Shown: positions 1 to 12,561, counted from the first letter of the stretch. The stretch is DNA of 64,000 nt from Octopus vulgaris (GCA_951406725.2 OX597826.1:74276001-74340000), one strand, 5' to 3'. The notes: generated from the sequence alone by a model not told the origin. A program made the numbers and translations.

Positions 1-1443
1 CTGTTTACTCCCCAGTAATTTATTCTGTATGTTAGTCCTTCATCGTCAGATCCTGTGCAGACATTGGGGTTTCACTTTCACAACCTTTCCTTCTTTTTCT
101 ACACTTTTTATCCTTTACTTTTTCTCATTTCCTTCTTTATCTGCATTCTTATTTTCACCTTTTCTCTTTTTCCCTTCCTGTCACTCTCTCTCTCTCTCTC
201 CCTCTCCTTCTCCATGTCTCTATCTCAACACTTTTCTCTAAACCCCCACCCCAACACTGTCCCAGTACCCATAGCTCCACCTATTCAGTTTATCTGTATT
301 TTCCATGCTCCACTGAAATCTATTAAAGCAAACCATTTGAAAGGTGAAGTGTGACAGTGAATGTGGATCAGCTCCAGTGAACTGCGACCATTTGGTGGAG
401 AGTGTGTGGAGACAGGGACAGAGATAAGGGAAAGGTGTATGGTGTCTAACTGCCAAGTGTTGCCAACATTCCTGGCTGTCTAAACGTTTCAAGTCTGCCA
501 ACACCAACAGAAACTTGTCCTTATCTCACAACTTTCTCACATCGCCACTATCTTAATCTAAATGTTTGAACATGCTAACCACCAGATGTCACTACCGCCT
601 TGCAATTAACAATTTCATTGAATCAATATTTACTATTCCTAATCTAGCAACCTGTTTTCAATCCCAGCCGATGCATTTTGTTCACATCATTAACTTTCTT
701 GGTAAAGGGTTGATCACCACAGCCTTGTATCCCCCCCCTTTTTTTTTCAAATCACAGACTTCAAGATTTGTATTGATTGTGACTCTTTTAGGAGAATGTT
801 ATACAATGGCATTTTCTTACAAGACTTCACACTTTTTGAAGCATCCACAGAATATGAAAAATATTAACAAAATGTTTTCTCAACTAAAATTTCATAGAAT
901 TTAATGTCAAAAGATCTTACTGAAAGAAGATGGTAAATATTCTAAACATATAAGCCAAACATGAACTCCACAGTTCAATGGAAAGAGTGTGGTACAGTTT
1001 TCTAATCTTTAGATAATCTCAAGAAAACAATTGAACAAGCAAATTTATATTACACAAACCAGTTTTCAGCACCAGAGGGCTTTTGTTCAAATTCAATTAT
1101 CTACAATCCAGAAATAATGTAGCTCAAGTCAAACAATTCATTCTCCCTCTCGGTTGGCCTATGGACTGGATTTAGCCCATGGCAAAGCTAAGTCCAGCCC
1201 CCAGCTCAATTTTATACTAAAAAATACTATTGTTTTTTTAAATTTCAAAATATTCTGTAAAATATATATTGCTAGCATGCATTCGGTGTTAGAGTCCAAC
1301 AATTGCTATGTTTAATACCTGTTCTGATTAATCAAATCATTGTATTTTAGGGAATTTAAATGATGTAACCTATTTCCCCTTCACCTTGTTTATACAAACT
1401 AAGTCAAACAAAAGTTTTTTTTTCAAATTTTCACACATGTAGA

Positions 1444-1756
1444 GTGTTGGGCCTCACAGAAGCAAAGTGGTTAAGTTACTTTCAAGTGTTGGGCTTCACG
1501 GAGGCAATGACTGAGACCTTTGTTATTATGTCATACTTGAGAAGACCCCTCAAGCCTAGTAAAATTGCAGTCATGGTGTCACGCAATTGGCACCCGTGCT
1601 GGTGGCATGTAAAAACACCCACTGCTCTCTCGGAGTGATTGGCGTTAGGAAAGGGCAACTAGTCATAGATGCAGCTTCGCAGATTACCAGCCATGGCCAA
1701 ACCACTCAACCCATGCCAGCATGAACAACAGATGTTAAATGATGATGATGATGATG
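1444..1756 (+). mobile_element. SINE-like element with (TGA)n tail, 5'-truncated
   Basis: Homologous to 11290-11901; 3' fragments on the - strand at ~7153-7297 and ~10900-11049. Shared TGGCGTTAGGAAGGGCA motif and ...TAAATGATGATGATG tail. Confidence 0.7.
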
Positions 1757-2455
1757 TACATTGGAACAGATTCTACTGATATGAACAACATTGAAAGTTT
1801 TTGTAGCTGAAGCAAGGCAAACTTTCTATCAAACATTTGTCTTCTGAAGAACTGGATACATTCATGTCAACAATTTCTATCCTTGCTTTCACTCTGAAGA
1901 CTCTTACTGCTGCATAAAAGTTCTTAGAATGAGAACATGACTGTCTCTGTCGTCTGCAACATGCAGTTTATGCCTCATTCCATCTTGCAAAGCAAAATGA
2001 ATTGGACATCTCTGCACTAGATCACTGTTATGTTTTGTTTTCCTTAAGTCAGTTTAGGAAACAGCAGATACTGCCTCAGTTTTTATCTGCCTCAGTTTTT
2101 ATCAATTTATGCGTCAAAGACAATTAATGAAAAGGCTGTCATAGAAAAGATGATGATCACAAACACAGACATCTTTAGTTGTTATAATGTCAATGGCAAG
2201 AGTTTGTGTAAGAAATGCCATTGCTTGAAGGTGTCACCATTTGGAACAATCATAAAGTATGAGATATTAGGAAAAGAGGGGAACATGAAGTTGTGACAAA
2301 CAATCCTTTATCAAGGAATTTAACAATAAAGAAAGACATTGGTTGGGTTTGAAACTGGATCACTAACCTTAAATACAAGTTATACATTATCCTACACACA
2401 CTGTACACAAGATGCTTTTGGTTTAATAACACATTTCATTCAGCACATTCTGAAG

Positions 2456-2620
2456 CAGTCATGAGCAAACGGTGGCCCATGGGTCACAGGTGAGCTGCAG
2501 AACTTTCTGAATGAGATGCCTAACAAAAATTAGCTTGAAATTTCTTAGTAGTATGGTCCGTTTGGTGATGAACCATGTCTCATGTGGCTGGCTTCTCAAA
2601 AAAAAGGTTGCTCACGCCTG
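2456..2620. mobile_element. hAT-type MITE, degenerate
   Basis: Imperfect TIRs CAGTCATGAGCAAAC / GGTTGCTCACGCCTG. Confidence 0.5.
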
Positions 2621-3078
2621 ATCTAAACAACCCCCCCGCCTAGTAACATAGCAACAATTCAAACAACATGAATTGAAAAAAACAAATTAGATGTAACGTA
2701 AGTATATTTCTATTTTCTTAAAAAAACCAATTTTTCATAAGTCTCAGGAACACAAGAGGTATACCTGGTGGTGCTATAAAAACTCAAACACCACCAACAA
2801 GAAAAACATGAACTTTTATAAAATTGATGATGAAGTTTGATGATAAGTACAATGTGGTGCTCCAGAATGGGCACAATCTAATGACTGAAACAAGTAAAAT
2901 ATAATATAGTCAAGATATTACAATTAATAAAAAAATAAAAATTAAATCTAATACTCCTCTGTAATTAAAAAAATTAAGTTGCATTTTATCTGCAATTATG
3001 TTTTTAAAGCAACAAAAATATTTAAAAGTTATAACCAATATAACTGATAAAAGCTAACGATTGTCTTTTGTTCTTCAG

Positions 3079-3212
3079 GTATGTGGTACCCGATTCTTAG
3101 ATTTATCAATACTGTTGGTGTTATAAGTAACGCATTCCTTATTGCCTTCACATCCCATTGGTCTGAGACATTTAGTCTCTCTAAACGGCTCTGGGTTGTC
3201 ATCGGATTTGAG
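3079..3212 (+). CDS. Anoctamin/TMEM16 family, internal exon (TM9 to start of TM10); gene begins upstream of the window
   Basis: Acceptor ttcttcag, donor GAG|gtaaaa. Encodes (G)MWYPILRFINTVGVISNAFLIAFTSHWSETFSLSKRLWVVIGFE, matching anoctamin motifs DIGxW..IL, SNAFLIAFTS and RL..VI.FE. Paralog not assignable. Confidence 0.92.
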
Positions 3213-3592
3213 GTAAAAACCTTTATTTATTTATTTATTTATTTTGTCTGTCTGTATGTTCTGAATTCAAATTCCAGCCAAGGTCGACTTTGCCTTTCAT
3301 CCTTTCGGGGTCGATAACTTAAGTACCAGTTGCATACTGGGGTCGATCTAATCGACTGGGTCACACCCCCAAAATTTTGGCATTTATGCTTAGAGTAGAA
3401 AAGAATATTTTGCTTGAGAAATCCTTCAAAGAAAATCTTTACATACACCTTCTGGCTAACTGGTTATCTTTATCTAAAATATATCTGTCTGTTTCTAAAA
3501 CCTGATATTTACCAATAGATTCTTGCATCTGTAATAAATATATTCTGTCCTTGATATTTGCTTTTAATGGAGAGAAACTTATATTTTGGTAG

Positions 3593-3673
3593 CACATTGT
3601 GTACGGTGTGAAGCTGCTTATAGAAATAATGATTCCAGACACGACAGCCTACGTGAAAATGGTCAGGAGACAG
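3593..3673 (+). CDS. Anoctamin exon (end of TM10, IPD motif)
   Basis: ttttggtag|CAC...CAG|gtaaat, 81 nt, phase 0/0. HIVYGVKLLIEIMIPDTTAYVKMVRRQ continues the anoctamin FEH..K......IPD pattern. Confidence 0.9.
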
Positions 3674-3696
3674 GTAAATATTGTTTATTTATGGTG

Positions 3697-3980
3697 TGTA
3701 TATATATACACACACACACACAAACACACATACACACACACACAAGCATGTACACACACATACACTCAAGCACACACAAGTACACACACACAAACACATA
3801 CACAGAAACACACTCACACAAACGCATACACATACAAACACATGCACACACACAAGCACACACACACACACAAACACATACAAACACACAGGTGCGCACA
3901 CACACACGCGCACACACACGCGCACACACAAGCACACACACACGCACACACACACACGCACATACAAACACACACACACA
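3697..3980. repeat. (CA)n-rich compound microsatellite
   Basis: Seen directly; source of the HT/CV ORFs. Confidence 0.95.
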
Positions 3981-4877
3981 GCCACTCCTACACCTATTAA
4001 CGACAGATCAGAACTGAACTACTCTCTGGACATAGTCTCATCTTTAAGATTCTGTTACATCTTCTTCATCACAGTTATTTCTTTTCCTTCATGGGTTTTC
4101 CCAGTTTCTCTGCCATCCTCTGAACACTTTACCAAACTTTCTGGACCTCACAATCATTGTTGTGTAGTTCTTACCAATTTCTTTGACTTTTCTTCTCTTC
4201 ACAGAATTCATACATTTTTTTTTGTGTCTTTCTCATTTTAAAATTTTTCTTTAAGACTTCAATCTTTGTTAAAAGAGGGTTTTCACACACCCATGTACTT
4301 TTGATATACTCTTGTACACGCATCAATAACACTGAGCACTTTACTCTTACCATCTCATGGGCTTCACCCATACCTTTATTCCCTCACACTCATGCTTACC
4401 TTCACCTCCTCACACACATACTTTTACACCATTGACCTAACAATTACACACACACACACACTCACACACACACACACACACACAGAAAATATTCAAGCTT
4501 TCATAGGGTAAAGGGTAAAGACTCCCTTCGGTCATAAAGGACCATGGGATTGCACCTAGGAAGTTATCCTTTGTGGTGCAAGTCTGGGCAAGGTTTTTTT
4601 ACGGAAGACCCTTTCCATGCCACGATGTTATCCAAGGCAAAGGCAAAGGGGCTGATACAGCTTGGCACCAGTGATCTCACAACTCACTTCTACAGCTGAG
4701 TGAACTGGAGCAATGTGAAATAAAGGGTCTTGCTCAAGAACACATTACACAGCCTGGCCCGGGAAGTGAACTCACTACCTCAAGATTGTGAGCCTGACAT
4801 TCATACATTAACCACAGTTACTTTAGTTTCTCTCTGTTTCTCTGTCTCCCTCTCCACCAATTTCACACACACACACT

Positions 4878-4891
4878 CACTCTTTCTTTTT

Positions 4892-4957
<66 letters not shown>

Positions 4958-5008
4958 TTCCTTCCTTCCTTCCTTCCTTCCTCCCTCCCTCCCTCCCTCC
5001 CTCCCTCC

Positions 5009-5098
<90 letters not shown>
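4878..5098. repeat. Polypyrimidine tract (CTTT)n/(CCTT)n/(CCCT)n/(CT)n
   Basis: Seen directly, just upstream of the 5131 acceptor. Confidence 0.95.
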
Positions 5099-5100
<2 letters not shown>

Positions 5101-5130
5101 GGTGTTTATCTTCTTTTATTTTTGTTCCAG

Positions 5131-5213
5131 AATAAAATGAAAGTTTCAGAAAGATTAAAATGTGAAACAAAAGACTATCACAATATTGTACCCCAAGATT
5201 CTCACAGATCCTG
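5131..5213 (+). CDS. Anoctamin C-terminal tail exon
   Basis: Polypyrimidine tract plus ttccag acceptor, TG|gtaagt donor, phase 0/2, open: NKMKVSERLKCETKDYHNIVPQDSHRS(W). Confidence 0.75.
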
Positions 5214-5560
5214 GTAAGTTTACCAATTCCTCCAGAGTTCATTTCAAAGTGACTCACCTTTGTTTTCAAAGTTAAAATATAAACTTTCTGACCTGAAAAT
5301 TTCTGAATATAGTTTCAATTATCTTTATATAGAAAGGAATTGGCTAAGTGGATAAGATAATAGGTGATTAGGTCTGATGCTTCAGGTGAGAAGTCAAAGG
5401 TATACATTTCTGACAGTATCAATAAGTACACATCTTTCATTTACAAATATTTATATTTTTCTTATTGTTGCTTATAATTTATGACTTCATATTGTTGTGA
5501 CATATTAGTGGTTTGGAACTATATTTCCCAAGAAGAAATATCTCTCTCACTTACATCATC

Positions 5561-5627
<67 letters not shown>

Positions 5628-5742
5628 TATATATATTTAAAAAAGGAGATGTGGAACACGAGTTGTGATATATAAAAAAGGAAATGAAGAAAATGCTGAC
5701 AAAATAGTTTAAGTAATTTAAGTAATTTAATTAGGTGAAAGT

Positions 5743-5782
5743 TCTTTTTACCGGTTGCGCATTTGTTATGCTTATCAAAAGA
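5743..5782 (-). ncRNA. Degenerate minimal type-I hammerhead motif
   Basis: Minus strand TTGATAA-GCAT-aacaa-ATGC-GCAA-CCGG-TA; GAAA changed to GCAA, stem I imperfect. Confidence 0.4.
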
Positions 5783-6136
5783 TGTTTTTTAAGAGAGATA
5801 GAGTTACTTTCTGATAGATTTTTTCCTCTTATCTGTTATATATATATATATATTATTTAATAGACACAGTATATATTTTTTTGAGCAACTATTAGTTTCA
5901 TGTTATAAAAACATCCCAGACACCATTTTTTAACATGTCTGGTACCTCCATCCAATCCTCAGGCTGTACCTACTTGGCCTAACAAGCTAAAAACAGGACG
6001 ATAGGATGAGGGGGAAAAAAGAGAAAAGGTGAGAAGGAAGTAAGTGTAAAAGGTGGAAGACTGAAAAACTGGGAAACGAAACAGAAAACAGATGCATATA
6101 ATGTACATAAATATATGTACACATATAAATAAATAT

Positions 6137-6370
6137 AAGGCAACAAGCTGGCAGAATCGTTAGCACGCCAGGCGAAATGCGTAGCCGTATTTCGAATGCC
6201 ATTATGTTCTGAGTTCAAATTCTGTTGAGGTCGACTTTGCCTTTCATCCTTTCGGGGTCGATAAATTAAGTACCAGTTACACACTGGGGTTGATGTAATC
6301 GACTTAATCCATTTGTCTGTCCTTGTTTGTCTCCTCTGTGTTTAGCCCCTTGTGGGTACTAAAGAAATAT
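6137..6370 (+). mobile_element. tRNA-derived SINE family B (GTCGACTTTGCCTTTCATCCTTTCGGGGTCGATAAA core)
   Basis: Many copies, e.g. ~3256-3405(+), 15699-15871(-), 22182-22375(-), 25968-26266(-), 27023-27278(-), 33671-33868(-), 54429-54637(-). B-box-like GAGTTCAAATTCC. Confidence 0.8.
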
Positions 6371-6600
6371 TTAAATAAGTACATATATATACATACGCAC
6401 ACATATATCATGCAGTTATATATACTCCCATTTAAAGAATAACTGATTTGGACATCTACCTGTAAACTATTATTCCTCTCTGACCCAATATCAACCACAT
6501 ATTCTAGAATTATGTTTTAATGGTACTAATTACAAATATCTTTCGGATATGATAGGTAACAATGTGTTATTACATTTTGCATTTCATATCTCTTTGAAAG

Positions 6601-6720
6601 GTTTGACTGCAATGGACAACTGAAGGCATTCAAAGAACCAATTCTTGAAGAACCACCAGAAAAAAGGAATTCCTGTTCTGTGGAGGATGAGACTTCTTCT
6701 CCCATAGAGTTATCCCACAG
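6601..6720 (+). CDS. Anoctamin C-terminal tail exon
   Basis: tctttgaaag acceptor, AG|gtattc donor, 120 nt, phase 2/2, open: FDCNGQLKAFKEPILEEPPEKRNSCSVEDETSSPIELSH(S). Confidence 0.72.
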
Positions 6721-6741
6721 GTATTCACACCTTTGTTTTAA

Positions 6742-6962
6742 CTCTTTAGCATTTAAGCTGGCCGTACCTGACCCAAATATTCTACTTGTTTTATATTCAA
6801 ACTGGCCAAATCCAGTGTCTCACATCTACCCAACAATCTCATTCTAAATATATAAAATCGTATCATTGAAACCTCAAAGCTCTAGGATTAATGCTGGATT
6901 AATTCAAAGCGACGTGGATAAATAAGGATTATATGTGACAGAGTAATCTCAAGGCTAAAGAG
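6742..6962. mobile_element. piggyBac-type MITE
   Basis: TTAA on both sides, TIR CTCTTTAGC / GCTAAAGAG; second copy at 12562-12783. Confidence 0.75.
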
Positions 6963-7962
6963 TTAAACTGTGCCTCAGTTTCTCTTTTTCTTGTAACCTC
7001 ATTGTTCATGTAACACAGGAGTCAGCAGAATGGTGAATATTGACCCAAGAGGTTCTATGTGGCTAGCTAAGGGGTTCATAGTTCGAATATATCAATATAA
7101 TATCACTGAATTTCTATTGATCTTTATCAGTTTTGTTGTTTACACTAAATCCTCATCGTCATCATCATCATCATCATTTAACGTCCGCTTTCCATGCTAG
7201 CATGGGTTGGACGATTTGACTGAGGTCTGGCGAACCAGATGGCTGCATCAGGCTCCAATCTGATCTGGCAGAGTTTCTACGGCTGGATGCCCTTCCTTTA
7301 TTGAAAAGTGGTAATGACACAGAAGAGTGAAGAAATTATTGATTTTGAAAAAAGAAATATTTTATTAATTATACATTTCAATTTCATTTTAGAAATTTGC
7401 AAAATGGGGTGGTGTGGGATCAATTATCTAAGACGTCTGCTGATCCCTGGTGTTACACATTGCCCTATCTTACATTTCACATTTAATCTCCTAACTTGGC
7501 CCACTTCTCATATCTTGTTATTGGTATCATGTTATAACCTCAGGTTTCTCACATATTTTATGTAATTATGCTTCCAACATTTATCATTATTTAGTCCAAG
7601 GCCAGAGAGGGGGAAACGAGAAGTCTAGTAACCATACAGAATTGTAGAATACAGCTGTTGGTTGTAACGAGGTGATGAGTGACGTTTTACACATTAATCA
7701 GAAGGACTTCCTTCAGAAATGGTCCTGAATGTTTATCTTCACGAGCTGTCCTGTTCTTGATTGGCAATGAGTATTCTAATGTGGGGGGTCCTTCTGTATT
7801 ATTTTACAGGGTCAGCAACTGCAGAGAGATGGAGTATTTACTGGCCTTGCATTTGTGATATTGTGTTGTCATCCACCATACACCTCACATCGTCCGACAC
7901 AATTATTTTACATTTCATATTTCACATGTGGTCATTTCTTTTATTTTAAAGACGAAACTAAT

Positions 7963-8372
7963 AAGCGCAGGAGTGGCTGTGTGGTAAGAAGCTTGCTAAC
8001 CAACCACATGGTTCTGGGTTCAGTCCCACTGCGTGGCATCTTGGGCAAGTGTCTTCTGCTATAGCCCCGGGCCAACCAATGCCTTGTGAGTGGATTTGGT
8101 AGATGGAAACTGAAAGAAGCCCGTCGTATATATGTATATATATGTGTGTGTGTGTGTGTTTGTGTGTCTGTGTTTGTCCCCCTAGCATTGCTTGACAACC
8201 GATGCTGGTGTGTTTACGTCCCCGTCACTTAGCGGTTCAGCAAAAGAAACCGATAGAATAAGTACTGGGCTTACAAAGAATAAGTGCTGGGGTCGATTTG
8301 CTCGACTAAAGGTGGTGCTCCAGCATGGCCGCAGTCAAATGACTGAAACAAGTAAAAGAGTAAAAGAGAGTA
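7963..8372 (+). mobile_element. tRNA-derived SINE family A
   Basis: A-box-like TGGCTGTGTGG, B-box-like GGTTCAGTCCC, internal (TA)/(TG) tract, tail GAAACAAGTAAAAGAG; at least nine copies in the window. Confidence 0.88.
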
Positions 8373-8559
8373 ATGAGTGAAGTTAATAATAATTGAGTTT
8401 CCAATGTTATTTTAATAACTGAAGGTGTTTTATTTCAATAACATCACAATTGCAAACAGTGTGATCATTGTAACATTCTTGTCTTTCATCTCTGAAGTGT
8501 AAACCTTCGGCTAAGTTACCAGGAAATTATAATGTTTCGTTTTACATCCTTATTGACAG

Positions 8560-8678
8560 CACGTCGTGTAATTTATCGAGTCAGAAACAACAACGGCTGA
8601 AGAGAAAAAGCTTGCACGCCACAGAGATGCTGAATAAACAAAAGAAGGGTTCTGTAGCAGATGATGAGGATGATGGAG
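8560..8678 (+). CDS. Anoctamin C-terminal tail exon
   Basis: tattgacag acceptor, G|gtttgt donor, 119 nt, phase 2/1, open: TSCNLSSQKQQRLKRKSLHATEMLNKQKKGSVADDEDDG. Confidence 0.72.
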
Positions 8679-8725
8679 GTTTGTGCTTGATGTTTTACCT
8701 GTAATTCTTAATTCTAAAACAGATT

Positions 8726-8796
8726 TATGAATGTGAGGAATGAAGAATGTGAGGAATGAAGAATGTGAGGAATGAAGAATGTGAAGAATGAAGAAT
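8726..8796. repeat. Intronic 16-bp minisatellite (GAATGTGAGGAATGAA) x ~4
   Basis: Seen directly inside the 148-nt intron 8679-8826. Confidence 0.9.
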
Positions 8797-8826
8797 AACC
8801 CATTACAATTATTCTTTATCTTCCAG

Positions 8827-8948
8827 ATTCTGATAGTGCTGCTGCTAAGACCCGTGATCGTATTATTAACCGAAACCGTCCACATTCTTTGGCAACTGCT
8901 GGGTCAATATCTTTGAGTCTTGGTAATCATCCTGCAAGTAATTTATAA
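8827..8948 (+). CDS. Anoctamin last coding exon, ending SNL-stop
   Basis: tttatcttccag acceptor in phase 1, matching the previous donor. (D)SDSAAAKTRDRIINRNRPHSLATAGSISLSLGNHPASNL*, TAA at 8946-8948. Confidence 0.68.
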
Positions 8949-10020
8949 CATCAGATGCTTGTTCAATAATACCAACAACAACAACAACAACAATAAAGAA
9001 TGGTGAGTGAAAGACATTTGAGTCCTTTTTTATTTTCCTTTGTAGAATATGGAAAATTTCATTTGGATTTCATTTTAAAATTTCATGCAAGTTACTAAAC
9101 AGTCATTCTGTCTAGAATGAATTCAGTTTGTTGCCCTCTGGGTAGCGGCCTTGGTCTTGGGACCACTCATCTCTAGAAACTGAGGTTGAGGGTAAGCAAG
9201 TGCATGCTCCCTGTTGAAAATCCAGTTCCAAAGAAGCCTTATGATAGCAAAGAAGTAAGGGCACCAGCTAGCCAGCCTAAAGGTTGGGGTGGGCTGCACC
9301 TGCCTACCTCAGTCGCTATGGTACTGAGGTAGATCCAGCTACCCCTGTTAACAGGGACAAGATCCAGATTTAAAACACTGGATGATGATGATGATGTGAG
9401 TGTGTCTAGGAATTGTAATGTAATATTCTATGAAGGCCATAATACAGTAGGGAGGTAATATACTAAGAGGTCATTATATATTAAGAGGGTCCTAACAGAG
9501 TAGGAAGACCATAGCATATTAAGGAGGTCATAATACATTTAGAAGGTCATGACATCTTGAAAGGTCATGACACACTGAGAAGGTCATGTTACCCTTTGAG
9601 TATTATTACGTGCATGAAACACATGCTCGTTTATAAGTGTGGCTGTAGGCGATAACACAAGCAGATAAGTGGGTAAATGACAAGAATGAATAGCAATTAG
9701 CAAGCAGGAAATGAGGAATAATGGGTGGTGGCTAGATAAAGCAGTAAGTAATAATTGGACTAATGTTCATATCAGAGACGAGCCATGCTTTATGCACACA
9801 ATAATGGTTATATACATCTCTTGAGCAATGTAAATGACACTGGAGCAAAAAACCAGACTAGGCAGGTGTGTGAAAAGAATGCATTAATCATTTTTATAAT
9901 TATATATGTGCGTATTTATATATACATAAATATACATACACATGCGTTTACAAATATAATTACACACAAACACAGACTTAGGCATGCAAACATGTATTTA
10001 TATTAGTAAGTATGATAATC

Positions 10021-10344
10021 GTGGAGGCACAATGGCCCAGTGGTTTGGGCAGCAAACTCGTGGTCAGAGGATCGCGGTTTTGATTCCCAGACCGGGCGTT
10101 TTGTGGGTTTATTGAGTGAAAACACCTAAAAGCTCCATGAGGCTCCAGCGGGGGGGTGGGGGTGCGACCCCAGTTGTACTCGTTCGTCACAACTTTCTCT
10201 CACTCTCTGTTCCTGTTTCTTGAGTAACGCTGCGATGGACTGGCATCCCGTCCAGCTGGGGAGAACACATATGCCACAGAAACCAGGAAACTGGGCCCAT
10301 GACCCTGGGTAGGCTTGAAAAGGGTGACGTTTATCGTTTTTTTC
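10021..10344 (+). mobile_element. tRNA-derived SINE family C, tail type 1
   Basis: Head GGAGGC(G/A)CAATGGCCCAGTGG; TSD AAGTATGATA at 10008 and 10345; homologous to 28311-28627. Confidence 0.85.
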
Positions 10345-10355
10345 AAGTATGATAG

Positions 10356-10861
10356 TCTCTATATCTATAAATGGCAAAATGTCTGATTATGTGTGTGTTT
10401 GTGTGTCCTTTATACAAATCCACAGTTTTTCACGTAAAAGGCTCGCATTTTCTATGGGCTTTTAAAACTGTCTGAGGGTGGTCATGAAGATCTTTTCATT
10501 TCCCCAGTCACCCCAGAAAGCCATTAAGAAAAATCGATAAACCGACCCCTTATACCCATAAGTTATTTTGCGGCCAAATTCGAGTTTTTCACTTTCTTCT
10601 GCCTCCTTTTTTGTCCAACTAATGGCATGTGCACAGTCCCACTAATTTTCCATGATTATGCCATTCCAGGTGTGAAAACCGAAGTCCAATGAATATTAAT
10701 TACTCTCATAAAAAACTCCAACTAGCACATGAACAACAAAACTGGCCTGGGCCGAAATGTGATAAGAAACTTAGCTCTTGATTTAGTGAGAAATTTCTAC
10801 TGTGACCCAGCAACGAACAGGCACTAGCACTAGACCCGGCAACGCCGGGTCATAGTGCTAG
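10356..10861 (+). mobile_element. Non-autonomous Helitron
   Basis: 5' TC..TATAAA start, 3' hairpin GACCCGGC-aac-GCCGGGTC, then CTAG|T; the 5' ~180 bp is shared with 16101-16468(-). Confidence 0.75.
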
Positions 10862-10869
10862 TGATATTA

Positions 10870-11277
10870 TACAAGGTAGTATCAAAAGGTTCCTAGTCTC
10901 ATCATCATCATCATCATCGTTTAATGTCCGTTCTCCATGCTAGCATGGGTTGGACGGTTCGACCGGTGATCTGGGAAGCCAGAAGGCTGCACCAGGCTCC
11001 AGTCTTATCTGGCAATGTTTCTACAGCTGGATGCCCTTCCTAACGCCAAGGTCTAGTTATATTTAATAAAAAATAACTTATTCACCCAAGTTTTAACATC
11101 GTCTCCTTCGAAATGGTCATTTTGTGCAGTAATACACCGGTTCCAGTATTCCTGCCATTGTTGGAATCCAGCCTGGAAGTCATTTTCCGAAAGCAATGTG
11201 GACTTTCTGCAATTCACTCTGGGAATTGACAACGGTGTTAAAAGGATGACCTTTGAGCTGCATTTTCATCTGTGGAG
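10870..11277 (-). mobile_element. mariner transposase C-terminal remnant with TIR, interrupted by a SINE fragment
   Basis: TA-CAAGGTAGTATCAAAAGGTTCC end; minus strand reads, with frameshifts, PQMKMQLKGHPFNTV...ENDFQAGFQQWQEYWNRCITAQNDHFEGD. Confidence 0.7.
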
Positions 11278-11289
11278 GGAGCCTGTAGT

Positions 11290-11901
11290 AGAGGCAGACA
11301 TAGGAAGACATGGAACAAGGTGGTGAAGCATGGCCTTCAAACTTTGAGCCTCACAGAGGCAATGACTAGTGATTGAGACCTTAGGCAATACACTCTGCTT
11401 CAGAAGACCCATCAAGCCATGTGAAATTGTAGTCAATGCTGGTGTCCTGTAACTGGCACTCATGCTGGTGGAATGTAAAAAGCACCATTCAAGCATTGGG
11501 CCTCACAGAGTCAAAGTGGCTGATGCCAGTGGCATGTGAAAAGCTCCTTTCAAGTGTAGGCCTCATGGAGGCAAAGTGACCAAGTTCCTTTTGAGTGTTG
11601 GGCCTCACAGAGGCAATCACACAGACCTTTGGCATTATGTTGTGCTTGAGAAGAAGACCCACCAAGCCAAATAAGATTATAGTCGTGGCAGATACTAGTG
11701 CCACGCAAATGGCACCCATGCTGGTGGCACATAAAATCACCCACTACACTCTTGGAGTGGTTGGCGTTAGGAAGGGCATCCAGCTGTAGAAACCTTGCCA
11801 GATCAGACTGGAACCTGGTGCAGCCTTCCAGCTTGCCAGCCATAGTCAAGCCATCCAATCCAAACTAGCGTGGACAACAGACGCTAAATGATGATGATGA
11901 T
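11290..11901 (+). mobile_element. SINE-like element with internal subrepeats and (TGA)n tail
   Basis: Repeated GGCCTCACAGAGGCAA modules; homologous to 1444-1756. Confidence 0.7.
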
Positions 11902-12561
11902 TATATATATATATAAATGGGGGAGAGAGAGGGAGGGGGAGAGAGAGATGTGGATTGGCCAATGTGTATTTAATTTCATATTTTGTTGTTTTTGGCTTTT
12001 GTATTGAAACTCGTTCTTATTTGCCAAAATGTCAACTTCCCCCTGGGAGTATGTTTATATATACCTGTGTGGCTTTCAATTGGAATGTGGCTCATTACTG
12101 CATCTAAGAATGTGTCTTGTATTAAAGTTCACCTTCTTTCTCACTGGAATGTCGTGCAGTTGATATACATTACTCTGTCAACAATGATGTCTGTTGTAAT
12201 TAAGCTATGAGCTTGAGAAATCATATTTACCATTGCTCTTGTTTTATGGAAAAGAAAAGTAAATAGTGTCAAACCAATTTATCTTGGGGTGGTCTTTAAG
12301 AATTTTGATCCCCTGGGCATAGAGAGATGTCGATGTTGATATAATGACATTTCCTATTATCTATATATATGTGCTTGAAACCAATCATCCAGTGCAGACC
12401 ACTACACACTGTGTCTCCTCCTTGCAATTCTACCACTACTACTGTGGCCTTTGTTCTTTGGATGTGGATGGCTGATTGTCTCTTTCTCTTGCACGCTCAA
12501 GATTTAATGTTTCATGTTTGCCCACATTCGAAAACATTCAGCAATAATGCGTAACCCTTAA

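Noticed and set aside
7810-7949. Additional acceptor (attttacag) in the anoctamin intron
   Set aside because: Gives a short uninformative peptide and a stop in the required phase, with no supporting donor.
8939-8945. Programmed -1 frameshift at T AAT TTA
   Set aside because: Not a full X XXY YYZ heptamer, and no downstream stimulatory structure is visible.
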